Of a stretch of 64,000 bases of DNA, positions 60,946 through 64,000 are shown one piece after another. The stretch spans positions 30,624 through 94,623 of IMG/VR virus record IMGVR_UViG_3300020048_000070; one strand, written 5' to 3'. Every line of letters starts with the position of its first letter. The first letter of the stretch is position 1. This DNA is from a virus. Under the pieces are notes generated by a model. It was not told the origin of the DNA, did no database searches, and saw only the letters and a list, made by a program, of their open reading frames with translations. Both the position numbers and the translations under genes were made by a program.

Positions 60946-62033
60946 GTTATGACTACATACGGAGGATCAATAGAAAAAGAACCTTTGGCCGAGTTTGCTC
61001 GACAAAAGAATATAGAAGAAGTAGAAAAATTGATGTGTAGACATAGAAAAACACGGGTAGGTCCGAATCTTGAAAGACTATCATTAAAAAACATTTATGA
61101 TCAAAAGGGGAAAAGATTCGTAAATGTACAAAGTAGAGTAACTGAAAATGGGTGTACTGAAACAATACACGACCTTCTTACCGGGGAATACTGGATTGCC
61201 AATTATACTATGGATCTATATAGTAATCCTATGTATGAAACTCCTCTGGATTGGTATCCTGCCAAAAAAGTGACGTATGAAGTTTGGGAGAGGGTGTAGT
61301 ATGAGTGACTCCAATAATGATTGTTACAGCTTTCGTAATGAATACTTCGGTATAGGATTTGGAATAGATAAGAAACCAGAAATATCCAATGAAGAGCTTG
61401 CAGAGCAGATAGGAATTCTTTCTGAAAAGATAAAGGATATTGAGATTAAACTATCTGGAAAATTCGGTGTTCTGTATGTTCCTACAAAAGAAGAGATCAT
61501 ACAGATAACTAAAGAACAATTAATAGAAGAGTATAAAAGGATAAATAATGGATCTTAAAGATAATACGGAACCAAAGGAAACAAAACCAAGTTTTCATAC
61601 CCTATCAGTACGATGCCCATGGAGGGTAGAACTTAAATGTTCAATTCTGCATAGTGCTGGTTACTACGCGCAAGATGGGTGTTCAGAGAAGAACTGTGGG
61701 TTTATGTATTGGCAAGTAAACAAAGAATTATTAGGAGGTTAACTGTGTTCTTTCAAATTCTGTTAGATGCTATATTAATCTGTATACTAGTCTGGTTATT
61801 TTTAAGATATTTTTTTCCAAAGGTAGTCAAAGAGGATACAGCCGTAGATACCAATAATATTCTTGAAATAAAACAAAAAGAAATGGAGGAAGCTACTAAA
61901 AAGTTAAAGGATTCTGTAGAGGAATTAAAACTATCTAAAGTTATTAAACAAGCTGTTAGCGAGAGTAGTAAAGTGGAAGAAGAAGTAAAAGGCATAGATG
62001 CCGATATCAAATCAATCAAAGAAGGAAAATAGC

Positions 62034-63368
62034 ATGAGAAGATGGAATGAAGATACAGATGAAGAGCAAGTAAAAGAAGCTATTAAAAAAGTAGCATCAA
62101 AAGTAAGTTTCAAAAAACTACTAGCGATAATTACTATGGTAGTTATTTTTGGCTTTCTACTACTATCTGCTGGAGCAATTTTTGAAACTGTGCCTACTGG
62201 ATTTTATCAAGTGAAACAGGCTGCTCTTACAGGGGAACTTACTGTAAAGATGACTTCTGGTATGTGGTTTCAAAATTTTGGGGATATATTTGAGTTTCCT
62301 AAAAGCGAGACATTCTTCTTTACAAGAGATAGTAAAGAAGGAAAAGCCGTGGATGAGTCCATTGAAGTGACCTTTGCAGATGGTTCTATTTGTAAGATAT
62401 CTGGTACTGCGCGTATCATTATGCCAAGTACAGAGGCAGAGGCAAAACATCTTATTGCAGATTTAGGTTTCAGAGACTACGCTTCTATTGAACATAAACT
62501 TATTCTTCCTACAGTGCGCCGAGCATTGGTTCTTACTGCTAACATGATGACTGCGCAAGAGTCCTATAATGTTAAACGTCCAGATTTCCTACGGTGGGCT
62601 GCTGGCCAGATTGAACATGGTATTGCTGCTACTGATGAAGTAGAGAAAGAATTAAAAGATCCTGTATCTGGTGAAATGGTAAAGAAAAAAGTCAAAGTTA
62701 TTCGTACCGATAAAAATGGACAAACTATCTATGAGAGTAACCCATTGGATGGTACTGGTATTAAATTAAATAACTTTGAAGTAAAAGAGTTTGGTTATTC
62801 TCCAGAAGTACAGAAGCAGATCGGTGAGCAGCAGAAAGCTATTATGGAAGTAGCTACTGCCAAGGCCAATGCCCTTAAAGCAGAGCAAGCAGCAATTACC
62901 GCAGAGAAAGATGGTCTTGCAAAAGTAATGACTGCACGGTACACAAAAGAAGAAGAGAAAATTAAAGCAGTAGTAGATGCAGATAAGGAAAAAGCTGTAG
63001 CTGTTACTAAAGCACAGCAAAATAAAGAAACTGCGTCTCTACAGAGAGATGCGGCTGAATTTACCAAGCAAGAACAAATCCTTCTTGGTGAGGGTGAGGC
63101 GAAACGAAAACAGCTTGTTATGGAAGCTGACGGTGCCCTAGCAACGAAAGTTGAAGCTTTCAAGTATGGTATAGACGCTGTAGCTAAAGCGTGGTCTACA
63201 AGGCCCGTACCGGCTTATAATGTGGAAATGGGTGCCGGTAGCGGTGGCAATAGTTCAGACAGCAGTTCTTTGCAATTTATGAATATGCTTAACACTATGG
63301 TAGCAAAGAATTTAGGATTGAACTTGGATATTAATCAAGCTGGGCATGCAGCTCCAGCAAAGAAATAA
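62034..63368 (+). CDS. SPFH/Band 7 (flotillin-like) membrane protein
   Basis: N-terminal TM helix, SPFH-like domain, long A/E/K coiled coil (GEGEA..K.L...AD). Confidence 0.8.
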   Translation: MRRWNEDTDEEQVKEAIKKVASKVSFKKLLAIITMVVIFGFLLLSAGAIFETVPTGFYQVKQAALTGELTVKMTSGMWFQNFGDIFEFPKSETFFFTRDSKEGKAVDESIEVTFADGSICKISGTARIIMPSTEAEAKHLIADLGFRDYASIEHKLILPTVRRALVLTANMMTAQESYNVKRPDFLRWAAGQIEHGIAATDEVEKELKDPVSGEMVKKKVKVIRTDKNGQTIYESNPLDGTGIKLNNFEVKEFGYSPEVQKQIGEQQKAIMEVATAKANALKAEQAAITAEKDGLAKVMTARYTKEEEKIKAVVDADKEKAVAVTKAQQNKETASLQRDAAEFTKQEQILLGEGEAKRKQLVMEADGALATKVEAFKYGIDAVAKAWSTRPVPAYNVEMGAGSGGNSSDSSSLQFMNMLNTMVAKNLGLNLDINQAGHAAPAKK

Positions 63369-64000
63369 TACTAGAATGGGGCTGTCTCCACGAAGCCCCA
63401 AAGGATTAGTATGTACAATAAAGTAAGTAGCATGAGTTGGGTAGAATTAATAGCATGGATTAAATATAAGATTAACCTAATGGTGCCTGGATTACAATGT
63501 GAAGTAGCGTACGATTATAATCTTACTACTATGTGTATGGAACTATCAATGTGGATTGGTACAAGTAGGGCAGTCATTACTCCTATAGTACGCCATATTA
63601 CAGCTAGAGAAATGACATTTACTGAGGAAGATTTTGTAAGAATAGTAATATTTCCAATGGTCATGGAATTGACAGGAGGACAGTAATGCATTGGTTTACA
63701 AAAAGTTGGTGGCAGTACTTATTAGCTCCTAAAGATGCTTGTGCTCCTTGGTTAGAAGTAATTTGGTGTAGAGCTGGAGGGCATAAATGTGGAGTGATAT
63801 ATGTAAATGCTGGTGGAGAAGAACCAGACATGCATTGTAAAAACTGTGGGGATTACTTGGGTTGATCTATTAAATAATGTATTAAGGAAACAAGATAATG
63901 CAAAAAGCAAATGAAGTACATCCAATATCTGCAGAAGAATCTACTTTAAATCTTATAGATGACTATGTTGGTGTACATGGTAAAGGAAAAACACCAGAAG

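Noticed and set aside
1-64000. Stop-codon reassignment and minus-strand genes
   Set aside because: Conserved genes are intact in the standard code and end in TAA, TAG or TGA; minus-strand ORFs are short shadows of + strand genes

Overview
This 64-kb window is part of an AT-rich large dsDNA tailed-phage genome. Essentially all credible genes are on the + strand and read in the standard code. It covers the early/accessory, replication, recombination and nucleotide-metabolism regions; I recognise no structural genes. The most notable element (about 1.7-4.1 kb) is a TIGR-Tas-like RNA-guided system: a Nop/IS110-Tnp20-like protein with a degenerate N-terminal HNH domain (2541-3494), flanked on BOTH sides by 36-nt dual-repeat arrays (6 + 17 units; alternating ~10-nt repeats AARTGAAYCA and AAGATAMCCA separated by 8-9-nt variable spacers). 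An uncharacterised winged-helix-like gene abuts the upstream array. Several units look like A/B-swapped versions of each other, as expected for two-strand guides hitting related sites in opposite orientations. Other highlights: an unannotated 36-aa ArfA-like peptide; a nicotinamidase-vWA(TerY)-PP2C-kinase cluster; a candidate DNA-hypermodification cluster (radical SAM, two paralogous glycosyltransferases, gp88-like) beside a UDG-fused family A polymerase; a split SbcC/Rad50; six tRNAs; and several structured intergenic RNA candidates, two with tRNA-like acceptor/T-arm ends. All assignments come from motifs read by eye; no database searches or folding programs were run.
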